Origin: a virus
Strand: one strand, 5' to 3'
Virus record (IMG/VR): IMGVR_UViG_3300027714_000011
Location: 14,554-78,553 of that record
Length of the DNA: 64,000 nt
Part shown: one piece after another, positions 26,402 through 36,302 of the stretch
Layout: every line of letters starts with the position of its first letter
Numbering within the stretch: position 1 is the stretch's first letter
The notes under the pieces: generated by a model
Databases searched by the model: none
Told to the model about the DNA's origin: nothing
What the model saw: the letters and a program-made list of their open reading frames with translations, nothing else
Position numbers and translations under genes: made by a program

Positions 26402-27262
26402 ATGAAAAAACTACTTGCAATTATCTCATTAATTATGTTAGCTAGTTGTGGTACAATTAGATTAGGATTTAATTCACAACCTATTCCAGTATCTAATGTT
26501 AATGTACAACATCCTGTTAAAACATACACTACAAATTTTCAAACATTTAAGAATTTAAACCCTGAAGATCTTGGATTACATAGCACTGGTAATTGGGTAC
26601 ATTGTAGAACTCATGGTTTTCATGATTTAAACGATTGGACTGACTTTAGTTATTCACCTCGCTTTTGCAGACCTAGTCAAGGATTTACGCAAGCTGCTCA
26701 GTGGAATTGGAATTGGGGAGGAGCAAATCACTGGAACAATAGTTGGATGTGGAACCCTAGATATAGATTTGATTATTTTGGAAATAATTGGTCACCGTGG
26801 ATGGGCAATGCTCACTATGGATATTATGGAAATTACGGGTATTATGGATATAACAACTGGAACTATGTACCTTATCGCTGGAGAAGATCTAACATGAACG
26901 GAAGAAGATCAAATTCATTTAGAACTGGAACATCAATAAGATCAACACGACCTGTTAGGGTTATTAGAAGCACTAACACAGTTGTACCTTCAAATACTAG
27001 ACCAAGAACTATTAGAAGTAGCGAAACAAGAGTTATTAAACCAAGAAGAACTCAAACAATAATTCCACCAGTTAGAACAAACACTAGACCCGTTAGAACT
27101 AATACAAGACCAGTTAGAACAAACACTAGACCTGTTAGAACTAATACAATACCAGTTATTAGAAACAATAATACGCGACCTACATATAACAATAACACAA
27201 GATCTAATAATACTAGATCAACTGCGACTACTAGAAGATCTAATACTAAGAAAGATAACTAA
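26402..27262 (+). CDS. lipoprotein with Trp/Tyr/Gly-rich core and Arg/Thr/Asn-rich tail
   Basis: Signal peptide with lipobox LASC; PVRTNTR repeats. Confidence 0.75.
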   Translation: MKKLLAIISLIMLASCGTIRLGFNSQPIPVSNVNVQHPVKTYTTNFQTFKNLNPEDLGLHSTGNWVHCRTHGFHDLNDWTDFSYSPRFCRPSQGFTQAAQWNWNWGGANHWNNSWMWNPRYRFDYFGNNWSPWMGNAHYGYYGNYGYYGYNNWNYVPYRWRRSNMNGRRSNSFRTGTSIRSTRPVRVIRSTNTVVPSNTRPRTIRSSETRVIKPRRTQTIIPPVRTNTRPVRTNTRPVRTNTRPVRTNTIPVIRNNNTRPTYNNNTRSNNTRSTATTRRSNTKKDN

Positions 27263-27272
27263 AATAAATTAA

Positions 27273-27503
27273 ATGGGATTTAACAAATTATGGCTTCCGG
27301 AAATAGAACGCCTAGAATTACAACTAAAAGAAATTGGAGAAATAGAATTTGGTAAACATTGGTTGAGGCGATTTCAAAAATCTGATGCTACTATAGGATC
27401 TAATGAGTCACATGCTTTTATTAAACCTTTTACAGATTTAGCGTATAAAGAAAGCAAACTAATATTTGTAAACGATGAATTGGCTACAGATATTAAAAAA
27501 TAA
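27273..27503 (+). CDS. hypothetical protein
   Basis: 76-aa ORF starting MGFNK. Confidence 0.65.
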   Translation: MGFNKLWLPEIERLELQLKEIGEIEFGKHWLRRFQKSDATIGSNESHAFIKPFTDLAYKESKLIFVNDELATDIKK

Positions 27504-27507
27504 AATA

Positions 27508-28116
27508 ATGGGGAAACAACAAAATAGTAATTTTTATGTTTGGGTTAAATCCGAACGAGTTGGACAAATAGTAGAGGTTTCTGAAAATCAAACAGATTCT
27601 ATGTTTTTGCAATTTACAGATGGAACTCAATGTAATTCACAATTACTAAGCGAGTTTTTACTTCCGGCTCCAAATGAAGATGCAGCTATACAAATAGCCA
27701 AAGATTTCGGAGGTATTACTACATTCAATACTGAAAATGCAACACCAGTGAGACCTCGTAGAGATGTTGAAACAGTAGACGCTACTCCAGTTAGACCACG
27801 TAGAGATCCAGAACCATCTGCTGAAATTAATGTAATGCAAGAGATGCTCAAAAAGATGAGCACTAAGAATAAAGCGGCTATGCCAGTTGAGATTAATATT
27901 CCTTCCAAAGAAATATATGCATTACTTAAAGATCAAATGGATATAACCAAAAAGGATTTAAATAATCAGATTTCGGCTCTTGTAGAAGATCAGATAGATA
28001 ATTTAAGAGAACAACTAAAAGAACAAATAGAATCATTTATTAATAATTATTATAATGGAAGAACAAGCAACACAAAAGGTAGAAAGTCAGACTCAACAGA
28101 ATCAGGAAATTCCTAA
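27508..28116 (+). CDS. hypothetical protein
   Basis: Likely start at 27508; ATPVRPRRD x2; C-terminal coiled coil. Confidence 0.7.
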   Translation: MGKQQNSNFYVWVKSERVGQIVEVSENQTDSMFLQFTDGTQCNSQLLSEFLLPAPNEDAAIQIAKDFGGITTFNTENATPVRPRRDVETVDATPVRPRRDPEPSAEINVMQEMLKKMSTKNKAAMPVEINIPSKEIYALLKDQMDITKKDLNNQISALVEDQIDNLREQLKEQIESFINNYYNGRTSNTKGRKSDSTESGNS

Positions 28117-28477
28117 TCGCAGAGAACGTAGACTTAGATTAAAACAACAAGGCATATTAAAATACCTTAGTAAGAAGAACTTCTTAGATCCTATTAGAGC
28201 CAATTTTCGTGCAGAAAATATTAAGAATGGTTTTAAGATTCAGGAAATTAGACGCAAGAAAATTGAAGCTGAACAAGAGGCTCTATTTGAAGCTAAGTTA
28301 GAAAGTATGAAAGAAACTTGGTATGATATAGGTTATAACTCAGAAGAAATGGGGTGGTTGGAAGAAGTTGCGGCGATCCACTTTGCAAAAGTTAAAGAAA
28401 CTTATCGCGAAGACAAGAAAGAGGCAAAAGAATTAATCAAGAAAGCTAAAGCATCTTTAGCTGCTAGAACTATTTAA
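28055..28477 (+). CDS. hypothetical protein
   Basis: 140 aa, NRRERR motif. Confidence 0.7.
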   Translation: MEEQATQKVESQTQQNQEIPNRRERRLRLKQQGILKYLSKKNFLDPIRANFRAENIKNGFKIQEIRRKKIEAEQEALFEAKLESMKETWYDIGYNSEEMGWLEEVAAIHFAKVKETYREDKKEAKELIKKAKASLAARTI

Positions 28478-28480
28478 TAT

Positions 28481-28801
28481 ATGTTAAGCATCGGTATAGA
28501 GCCAGCAGACAATGGCGTAATTAAAACATTAGTAGACGATAATGTAAACGGAGGTGGAGAAGAATTCGAATCTAGACATGTCTATGAATTTACCGGACCA
28601 ATGATGAGATCTAATCAAGTTAAATTTATAAAGGATTTAGTATTTGATTTAGGCATGGATGTAGGAACAGAACTAGATCCAGATTTTTTACAGATATATG
28701 TCGGTTGGGGTAAACAGTACACTGGATCTGACAGTGAAATTAAAAATAAAATCCAAATTTTAGAAAAGGAAATCAAAAGACTTGGATCACTAATAAAATA
28801 A
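28481..28801 (+). CDS. hypothetical protein
   Basis: 106-aa ORF. Confidence 0.7.
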   Translation: MLSIGIEPADNGVIKTLVDDNVNGGGEEFESRHVYEFTGPMMRSNQVKFIKDLVFDLGMDVGTELDPDFLQIYVGWGKQYTGSDSEIKNKIQILEKEIKRLGSLIK

Positions 28802-29202
28802 TGGAATTAAAAGTAGAAGGAGTTTGGTGTAAAACAAGAACTGAGTTTGATAAATTATCGAAGAATGGTAATTATGATTTATCTCTGTCTTATTATGATA
28901 TCTTTAATCGTTTAATTAAGAGCGACCCTGATAACATGGAACCATCCAACATTATTATTTCTATTTACATTAGAAAAACAATTCAAAAAGTATTAAGGGA
29001 TCTTGAAGAAAAAGAAGACATCAAGATCCTTTATATGTTTAAATCCCTGAGCACAGAAACAGTTACTGGATTCAGAGAATTTATTAATACATTGGTTGAT
29101 GAAGATTGTGAATTAGATCTATTGGTAGTTAACAGGTGTGACTTCCCTAAAACCGGCGTGTTGAGTAAATTTGACAATGTTAGGTTTTTAGACAATGATT
29201 AA
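28801..29202 (+). CDS. hypothetical protein
   Basis: Stop/start overlap with the previous gene. Confidence 0.7.
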   Translation: MELKVEGVWCKTRTEFDKLSKNGNYDLSLSYYDIFNRLIKSDPDNMEPSNIIISIYIRKTIQKVLRDLEEKEDIKILYMFKSLSTETVTGFREFINTLVDEDCELDLLVVNRCDFPKTGVLSKFDNVRFLDND

Positions 29203-29794
29203 ACACAAAATCTTTACTAAGGGTGATCAGATACATGCCCTTATTTCTACTACACAACAACCCAATCTTTTAATTCCAGTTAGGGCAACTATATACGATG
29301 TCAAATTCGATGACATCAATCCACAATATCAAATTAGAATTAAAAAGTTTTATGATCCTGTTTATTTTTTAAAAAAGAATTTATTCGGTGGTAGGTTTAT
29401 TAAAAACTTTGAAGGAAAAGATACTAGAATTAATTTAAAGAGGGCACTTTATCCAACAGTAGATGACATTGAAAATAATATATTTAATGGAGCTAAATGG
29501 AAACAATATCTAATATTAGTGGATTCTGTTTTTTGTACTCGCACTAGAGCTGAACAAGAATTACTATTTAACAATATCCAAACATTTCATATAGAAATGA
29601 AACTTAAGGAATTATATGAACTGGTTAATAGATCAGTTTATCGTAATGGACAATTCTATTGGCATACTAAAGGTGAATATATAAAATCTCTACAAAAATT
29701 CTTAGGAGATAAGTATCCAAATGATTCAAAATGGTCTGATAGTTTACTCTATAGACCTGATACTGATGAAATGGACAACGTAGAGTGGAATTAA
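29195..29794 (+). CDS. hypothetical protein
   Basis: 199-aa ORF. Confidence 0.75.
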   Translation: MIKHKIFTKGDQIHALISTTQQPNLLIPVRATIYDVKFDDINPQYQIRIKKFYDPVYFLKKNLFGGRFIKNFEGKDTRINLKRALYPTVDDIENNIFNGAKWKQYLILVDSVFCTRTRAEQELLFNNIQTFHIEMKLKELYELVNRSVYRNGQFYWHTKGEYIKSLQKFLGDKYPNDSKWSDSLLYRPDTDEMDNVEWN

Positions 29795-29818
29795 TATATT
29801 ATCCTACCACATTACGTA

Positions 29819-29830
29819 GATATATATAAA
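29819..29830 (+). promoter_or_regulatory. Putative late promoter
   Basis: GATATATATAAA at the head of the baseplate cluster. Confidence 0.5.
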
Positions 29831-29847
29831 AAACAAACTGCGTACAC

Positions 29848-31689
29848 ATGCCAGGAATTCAAGACGATGCAAATTTTATTTTTAAGAAGGTTTTAAATAT
29901 AGCCGATGAAACTAGTGGAGTTGACGTTACTCATTATTTTTATGACGACGTTAAACAAGGAAAAGAAATTTCAACTACTCAGAAAAAAACAGGGGCATTA
30001 GATTCTGCTCCTAAGGAACCAACAGATACGGCAGGTACTGGGAAAACTACACTAAATACAGAAAATCTTTTTGGAGAAGCTACTGCAGGCGAGTCTATGT
30101 ACCCTAACAAAGGTGTAGATTCTAGATCATATACAATAGGAGCAGTAACCAGCGGATCGGAGGGAACTAAAATTGAAAACAAAGGAGATACTGTAAATTT
30201 AGGTAAAGCTCCTAGATCATTATTCAATAACTGGGCTTTACATAAATATAGAAATAGACACGGTCAAACTTACGGAGATGATTCAAGTGAGACTACTGGA
30301 GCACACTATAATAAACCAGTAATGTCTGGTAATGATGTTAATAAAATTCTAAACCCTACTGCTAGAAATATTGTAGAATATGCTACAAAAACAGGTGGAG
30401 AATGTTTTTCTTATAGCTATAGTGATTTTATTCAGATGGAACACTATGGTCAAATATCTAATGATTATTTAATTACTCTTAGGAGATTTGCATACCCTAT
30501 TGGAGATGATTTATTTTCACCTAAAATAAAAGGAGCTTCGGAGGTGATGGTAGATGCATCTGCGCCTGATTTGGCTAGAGCGGTAACATGGTTGTCGCCA
30601 GCGCTGGGTAATGATTTAAAGGAAATCTTAAAATTTAAAACTGGTTTTAAATGGACTGAAGCTAAATCGGAGATACAAGATGCGCAATCACAATCAAAAG
30701 ATACTGGTTCAGTGGGTGCTGCTATCGCAAAAAGTCCTACTGGTTCCGCTATCGAATCCGGGTTAAATGGGTATACATCTGTTCAAGCTAAAAAACTTAG
30801 AAACGTAGGTAACGTAGATCATGCAAAATCTACATATCCCAATAAGGTTTTTGGGCCGCTCAATATAATAGATCAAGTATTAGCTAGAGATAAGGGTTTA
30901 AAATTTGAACAAGAATTTAAATTATCCTTTCATTACGATCTTAAATCATATCCAGGTACCAGTCCTAAGGTTGCATTTATGGACACGATGGCAAACATAT
31001 TGTCATTGACTTATAATAATGCACCGTTTTGGGGAGGAGCAACTAGATTTAGTGGTTCTGGAAAAACAGGTAAACCTTTTGGTGATGCTAAATTGTTAGC
31101 AAAGGGTGATTATGCAGGTTATATAGGCTCTATCGCTGATACGTTGGCAGGAATGGGAGGTAATTTTATGGACCAACTTAAGAAAACTGCAAGTAATATT
31201 GGTAGTGGTGCCGGACTTAATAAAATATTAGGAGATTCTTCTATTCTTGAAAATATAGTTGGTGGTGGATTAATGAAATTATTGGGAGGACCAAGTGGTG
31301 GTGATGTTATTAAAGCATTTTTAACTGGTGATCCTACTGGCCAACATCATTTAACTGTAGGTAATCCAATGAATCCTATTATGGTTTGCGGAAACTTAGC
31401 ATTACAAGATACAGAATTTGAATTTCAAGGACCTTTGAGTTTTGAAGGATTTCCAACTAAATTAAAAGTAGTTATAAGTTTAAAACCGGGTAGACCTAGA
31501 GATAAAACAGATATTGAATCTATGTTTAACGCTGGTAGAGGTAGAATATATTTACAACCAGAATGGGGTGAAGGTGAAGGTATAGATATAGATGCTATGT
31601 TTAACGTTGACGCATATGGTGGAAAAGCAGGAAAAAACATTACTAATGTACCTTACATGAGTAGAGTATCTGATATGTCTGTAGGATAA
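29848..31689 (+). CDS. probable baseplate/tail-tube initiator-type structural protein
   Basis: Position before the LysM/gp53-like gene; C-terminal GFPTKLKVVISLK tube-like segment. Weak evidence. Confidence 0.45.
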   Translation: MPGIQDDANFIFKKVLNIADETSGVDVTHYFYDDVKQGKEISTTQKKTGALDSAPKEPTDTAGTGKTTLNTENLFGEATAGESMYPNKGVDSRSYTIGAVTSGSEGTKIENKGDTVNLGKAPRSLFNNWALHKYRNRHGQTYGDDSSETTGAHYNKPVMSGNDVNKILNPTARNIVEYATKTGGECFSYSYSDFIQMEHYGQISNDYLITLRRFAYPIGDDLFSPKIKGASEVMVDASAPDLARAVTWLSPALGNDLKEILKFKTGFKWTEAKSEIQDAQSQSKDTGSVGAAIAKSPTGSAIESGLNGYTSVQAKKLRNVGNVDHAKSTYPNKVFGPLNIIDQVLARDKGLKFEQEFKLSFHYDLKSYPGTSPKVAFMDTMANILSLTYNNAPFWGGATRFSGSGKTGKPFGDAKLLAKGDYAGYIGSIADTLAGMGGNFMDQLKKTASNIGSGAGLNKILGDSSILENIVGGGLMKLLGGPSGGDVIKAFLTGDPTGQHHLTVGNPMNPIMVCGNLALQDTEFEFQGPLSFEGFPTKLKVVISLKPGRPRDKTDIESMFNAGRGRIYLQPEWGEGEGIDIDAMFNVDAYGGKAGKNITNVPYMSRVSDMSVG

Positions 31690-31703
31690 AATTATTAAAG
31701 ATA

Positions 31704-32540
31704 ATGGAATTTAAAATATTTAAGAATAAAAACTTAAGCAAAGATAAGGACAAATTATATTTGGCTCAACCTACTATGCTTTTTAAAAGCTTGGATCCAA
31801 GCGAATACTATATGATTGCTAAGCATACGGTGAAAGATGATGATATAGTTAGACCAGATAGGATTGCTGTAGAGCACTACGGGTCTACTGAAGGTTTAGA
31901 TATTATTTTAAAATTTAATGGTGTTCAGGATCCGTTTTCTATTAACATAGGCGATACTCTTTGGATTCCAATAGATTCTATTCCTTATTTTAGATTAGAT
32001 TCACCACAAATGTATGAGGAAAATCCAATTAAGAATCAGTTTATTCAAACAAAAAGATTGAGTAAAACAGATCAAAGAAGATTAGCGGCTCTTAAGAAAA
32101 AATATAACAAAGAAACTTTATTGCCACCTAATGTAATACCAGTTGGCAGAAAGAATTATGAATTTGACGGAACTAACGTTAGATTGGGTATGGGACCACA
32201 GACTGATGCTGTAGTTAATTCTATTTTAAAAGATATCGATAATTCAAGTTTTGATACAGACTCTAGTGATGACACAGAGGTTAGTCTAGTAATAGACACT
32301 TCAGATAATTCACAAACAAAGGATAGTGGAGCTGGTAGTGGAGCTGGAAAATCATATGAAGATAGCTTAAATGACAATAACGGTAAAGTTGATAGAGATA
32401 AGAACGGAACTGGTAGTGAAACCGGAGGAGGAAAAACAGACACTGCTGATGATTTAGGTGGAGACGAACCTGATGGAACTGCCCCTGGAAATAAAGATGA
32501 CAACCCAACCAATAATCCAGATGCACCATGTGCTAAATAA
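31704..32540 (+). CDS. gp53/LysM-like baseplate wedge protein
   Basis: RPDRIAVEHYGS..LDIILKFNGVQDPFSINIGDTLWIP. Confidence 0.75.
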   Translation: MEFKIFKNKNLSKDKDKLYLAQPTMLFKSLDPSEYYMIAKHTVKDDDIVRPDRIAVEHYGSTEGLDIILKFNGVQDPFSINIGDTLWIPIDSIPYFRLDSPQMYEENPIKNQFIQTKRLSKTDQRRLAALKKKYNKETLLPPNVIPVGRKNYEFDGTNVRLGMGPQTDAVVNSILKDIDNSSFDTDSSDDTEVSLVIDTSDNSQTKDSGAGSGAGKSYEDSLNDNNGKVDRDKNGTGSETGGGKTDTADDLGGDEPDGTAPGNKDDNPTNNPDAPCAK

Positions 32541-32545
32541 TAAAT

Positions 32546-34147
32546 ATGGAACTATCTAATAACATATTAGCAGTAGTAGAACCTGAAATCAGGCCAACTG
32601 AAATAAAAATTGACGCTTTAGCCGAAGAAGAAGGGCAAGAGGCCGAAATGAAACAAACTTCTGTAATAGCTACGTTGCAGCCAATGGTCTTAATTAATGG
32701 ATATCAGTTTCAACCAGGTGACATAGAGTTTTTTGAATTAAACTTAACTCAAGTTTTACCAACATGTAGACTTTCTTTAAAGGACAGCGCCGGTAAATTT
32801 GCTGTAGGTAGTTATCCTAGAGATGGTGACTTTTTTACTATCTTAATTAATTCAAAAAACCAAGAAACATTCAAGTCAATTCACATGGACTTTGATATCA
32901 GTGAATGTAGTGCGCCTAAAGAAGGTAATATTGCATCTGCACAATTTGACATTGCTGGTTTTTGTAAAATACCTAGAATATACGCAGAGAGTTGTATAAG
33001 TCTAGATAGTGCTGGATCATTAGATCACATGGAAGAAATTGCAAGGGATTTAACACTTGGATTGGCTACAAACATAGATGCAACTGACGATTCACAATCT
33101 AGAATTATGGCTTATACTCCATACATTGATTTTATAAAATCAATTGTTAAAGAAAGTTATATTGGAGAAGAATCTTTTCAAAAATGGTGGATAGACAGTT
33201 ACTATTACATGAACTATGTTGATGTGAACGCTTTATTTAATTCACCTAATCCACCAATTGAAGAATTTGCTGAATCATTAGCATCAGCTGCTGAGTCAAT
33301 GACTCCTGATTCAGATTCAGATAAAAAAGCAGAAACAGGTAATGATATTGAGGTACCATTGTTATTAACTAATCATATCGCTTTTATGGGAAACAGCTCC
33401 TTTATTGAGGCTAGCGAAATTATTAATAATTCAAATACTATCAGTGCCACTGCAGGTTATGCAAGAGAAGTTACTATATATGATAATAATGGTGACGAGA
33501 AAAAACAAGAGTTTAGAATTGAGCCTCTGGGTGGAAATGATCTAAAGGAATTAGAGGAGCCAATGAGAGGTAACAGGAACGATACCCGACACTTGGATCA
33601 GATTAAATATAAATATATTGGAAGACAAGAGGCTGGTGAGGATGGCTTAGGGAATGTACATCCTAACGCAGCGTTTTCTCAGTTACATAATGTTCAAAAT
33701 GAATTAGAAACTCAAAAGATGAAATTAATGGTAACTTTGAATTCATTTAATCCTTCATTATATAAGTATCAAAAGATTCCTGTATTGATGTACATTGTAG
33801 ATAAGAAAGCTATTGAGCAAAACGAAAGAATAAAGGGTGATAAGAAAGAATTAGGTATGGATAAAGATGAGCCATTTGCATTAGCAGAAGATTCAGAAGA
33901 TATCCAAGAAGCTGGTACTAGAAGCCCGAGCCAAGCATTAGATTCCTTTTTATCTGGATATTACTTAATAGAAGATATTGTGTATAGAACTGAAGATGGA
34001 GAAACTAAACAAACAGTAACTTTACTGAGAAGAGAATGGCCAACAAGAACTGAGAATTTAATAAATCCACCAGGTCTTGAAGATGCAACTGACGAAGAAA
34101 AAGCAGATAATGTGGCTGAAAATAGTCCTCCACCAGATAAGGTTTGA
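32546..34147 (+). CDS. probable baseplate hub protein (gp27-like)
   Basis: Lies between gp53-like and gp5-like genes; C-terminal LSGYYLIEDIVY...TLLRRE. Confidence 0.55.
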   Translation: MELSNNILAVVEPEIRPTEIKIDALAEEEGQEAEMKQTSVIATLQPMVLINGYQFQPGDIEFFELNLTQVLPTCRLSLKDSAGKFAVGSYPRDGDFFTILINSKNQETFKSIHMDFDISECSAPKEGNIASAQFDIAGFCKIPRIYAESCISLDSAGSLDHMEEIARDLTLGLATNIDATDDSQSRIMAYTPYIDFIKSIVKESYIGEESFQKWWIDSYYYMNYVDVNALFNSPNPPIEEFAESLASAAESMTPDSDSDKKAETGNDIEVPLLLTNHIAFMGNSSFIEASEIINNSNTISATAGYAREVTIYDNNGDEKKQEFRIEPLGGNDLKELEEPMRGNRNDTRHLDQIKYKYIGRQEAGEDGLGNVHPNAAFSQLHNVQNELETQKMKLMVTLNSFNPSLYKYQKIPVLMYIVDKKAIEQNERIKGDKKELGMDKDEPFALAEDSEDIQEAGTRSPSQALDSFLSGYYLIEDIVYRTEDGETKQTVTLLRREWPTRTENLINPPGLEDATDEEKADNVAENSPPPDKV

Positions 34148-34165
34148 AAATAGAATATATAATAC

Positions 34166-35587
34166 ATGAGTGAATTTAAGCATATTAATGAATTTAGAAA
34201 AGCTACTTTATCAAGAAAGATCAGCGAAGATCCGACTTATTTGAGTTTCTTTTTTATGTTTGATTATGTAGACAGAGAACATAGTCCTTTGTTATCAGGT
34301 CCTGCAGAAGAATATTTGAAAAACTTCGTGGATACGCCTATGGACGGCACAACTAACTATGCATCAAAACTAGCTTCATTTATAAAGGTTCTCAAGAAGA
34401 TCAACAAAGAAATGCCATGGTTTTGGCAAAAGATAACAGGATTAGAAGCTACTCAAACCTTTGGTACTATGGAAGAGCCATGGAGGGGTGCAGAAAAACC
34501 AAAGATAAGTATCGAGTGTTTAGAAGAAAATATAGAATTAACTGCATTGGGTTTAATGACACTCTATAAGAGTGCTGTTTATGATTATAATAGATTCATA
34601 GAAGTCTTACCAAAAAATCTAAGACATTTTAGAGTTTGGACGGTATTGTCTGAGGTTAGAACATTTCAACAAAATAAAGAAGCTAGGAACACAAATTCAC
34701 GAGGAAAACAGATGTATGAAACTGAAGCAGATGAGCCTATTAGTATTATACCCAGAGCTGGCTCAGAAACTTCAACTACTCCGGCATATGGTAAGTTTGA
34801 TGATACGTTAACCGGAAACTACACAGCAGAAGCAAAACCACACTTGATGATAGAATTAGGCCAATGTGAATGGCAACAGGATGAAATTGCGAGTATGTTT
34901 GCAGACTTTTCTAAAACACCAGAATTAAAGAAACCTAAAATTAGTTTTACGTATCAGACATGTCTGACTACTAGACAGAGATTTGGACCTAACATTGCAG
35001 TATTAGATGGTGGTTTATTAACACCGCGAACATCAGGTGACGATCTGTATCCTAATAATCCATTTGACCCATTGGCAATTGCACAAAATGCAATTAGCGA
35101 TAAATTAAATGGCATTGCCGGTGGTTTAGTAAATAGATTTAATAATTTAAAAGATAGTTTACCAGGTCAGGGTAATAATCCAATGGGTAGAGTTTATCCT
35201 GATGGATTAACAGGTGCTGCTAAAATATTGGCAAATACTGCAATGGACAGATTAAAAGGTTTGTTATTAGGAAACATACACGGTGGTATAGGTTTATCAG
35301 ATATTAATGCAGCGCTAGAAGCTGGTAGTATTAATGCTATTGCAAATTTAGCGGGTCAAGTTTTTAATCAACCTTCAAATAATTCAAATAGTGGCAAACC
35401 TGGTATTTCACCACAAACTATATATGAACCGGGAGTTGATAGTAGTCCAGACGATTATATAAACGAAAAGGTATATGATCCAATTGCAGATTTACCTGAT
35501 AGTTATAATATTACACCTGGTAGAATTTATGAACCAGGAGTTGATAGTAGTTCAGATGATAATTTAAACGATAATGTACACTCATAA
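34166..35587 (+). CDS. probable tail/baseplate structural protein
   Basis: Context; late-promoter motif at 34154; IYEPGVDSS x2. Confidence 0.5.
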   Translation: MSEFKHINEFRKATLSRKISEDPTYLSFFFMFDYVDREHSPLLSGPAEEYLKNFVDTPMDGTTNYASKLASFIKVLKKINKEMPWFWQKITGLEATQTFGTMEEPWRGAEKPKISIECLEENIELTALGLMTLYKSAVYDYNRFIEVLPKNLRHFRVWTVLSEVRTFQQNKEARNTNSRGKQMYETEADEPISIIPRAGSETSTTPAYGKFDDTLTGNYTAEAKPHLMIELGQCEWQQDEIASMFADFSKTPELKKPKISFTYQTCLTTRQRFGPNIAVLDGGLLTPRTSGDDLYPNNPFDPLAIAQNAISDKLNGIAGGLVNRFNNLKDSLPGQGNNPMGRVYPDGLTGAAKILANTAMDRLKGLLLGNIHGGIGLSDINAALEAGSINAIANLAGQVFNQPSNNSNSGKPGISPQTIYEPGVDSSPDDYINEKVYDPIADLPDSYNITPGRIYEPGVDSSSDDNLNDNVHS

Positions 35588-36300
35588 TGGCTGATGAACT
35601 TTTTCAAGATAATTTAAGAGACACTCACTGGTTAGGAGAAGTTGTAATAAACGAAGATCCTTTACTTAATGGAAGATGTCGCGTGAAGGTTTATGGTAAA
35701 TTCGATAAATTGACAGATGACGCTATTCCATGGGCAACTCCTATGAATAGAGATCAAGTTGGTGCACATGCAGTTCCTAGAGTTGGCGATATAGTTGCAG
35801 TTAGATTTGATAACGGAAATATTTACCACCCAGAATATTGGTTCCAGATAGATCAAAACACTGATTTAAAATCAGATATCTTGGAAGCAAGTGATGCACC
35901 GCAAGATGTCATAAGTTTAGTATACGACGCTGAAAGAAATGTTAGAATATATCATTCGCCTGAAGATGGCTTAGTTATCACCAGAGGTAGCGGTGCTAAA
36001 GAAAGACCAATGATACAAATAGACGAAGATGGATACATCAAGATAAGCACAGATGCGAAAATGTTCTTAGACTGTGGTGATATATTCGTTTCAAATGAAG
36101 GTGAACCAGGAGCAGATGAGACAGAACCTGCAGTAAGAGGTCAATCTTTACAAGATTGGCTACAGATGTGGTTAGATGACTATAACGCGCATATTCACCC
36201 AACGGGCGTTGGACCTAGTGGTCCTCCAATGCCACCAACTCCAGTTGTTGTTGGTAAATTATCAAGTACTCATATTAACTATCAACAAAAGAACAAATAA
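35587..36300 (+). CDS. gp5/gpV-like baseplate central spike
   Basis: OB-fold GEVV..DP..GRCRVKVYG, PRVGDIVAVRF; tip motif HIHPTGVGPSGPP (HxH). No lysozyme domain. Confidence 0.85.
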   Translation: MADELFQDNLRDTHWLGEVVINEDPLLNGRCRVKVYGKFDKLTDDAIPWATPMNRDQVGAHAVPRVGDIVAVRFDNGNIYHPEYWFQIDQNTDLKSDILEASDAPQDVISLVYDAERNVRIYHSPEDGLVITRGSGAKERPMIQIDEDGYIKISTDAKMFLDCGDIFVSNEGEPGADETEPAVRGQSLQDWLQMWLDDYNAHIHPTGVGPSGPPMPPTPVVVGKLSSTHINYQQKNK

Positions 36301-36302
36301 TT

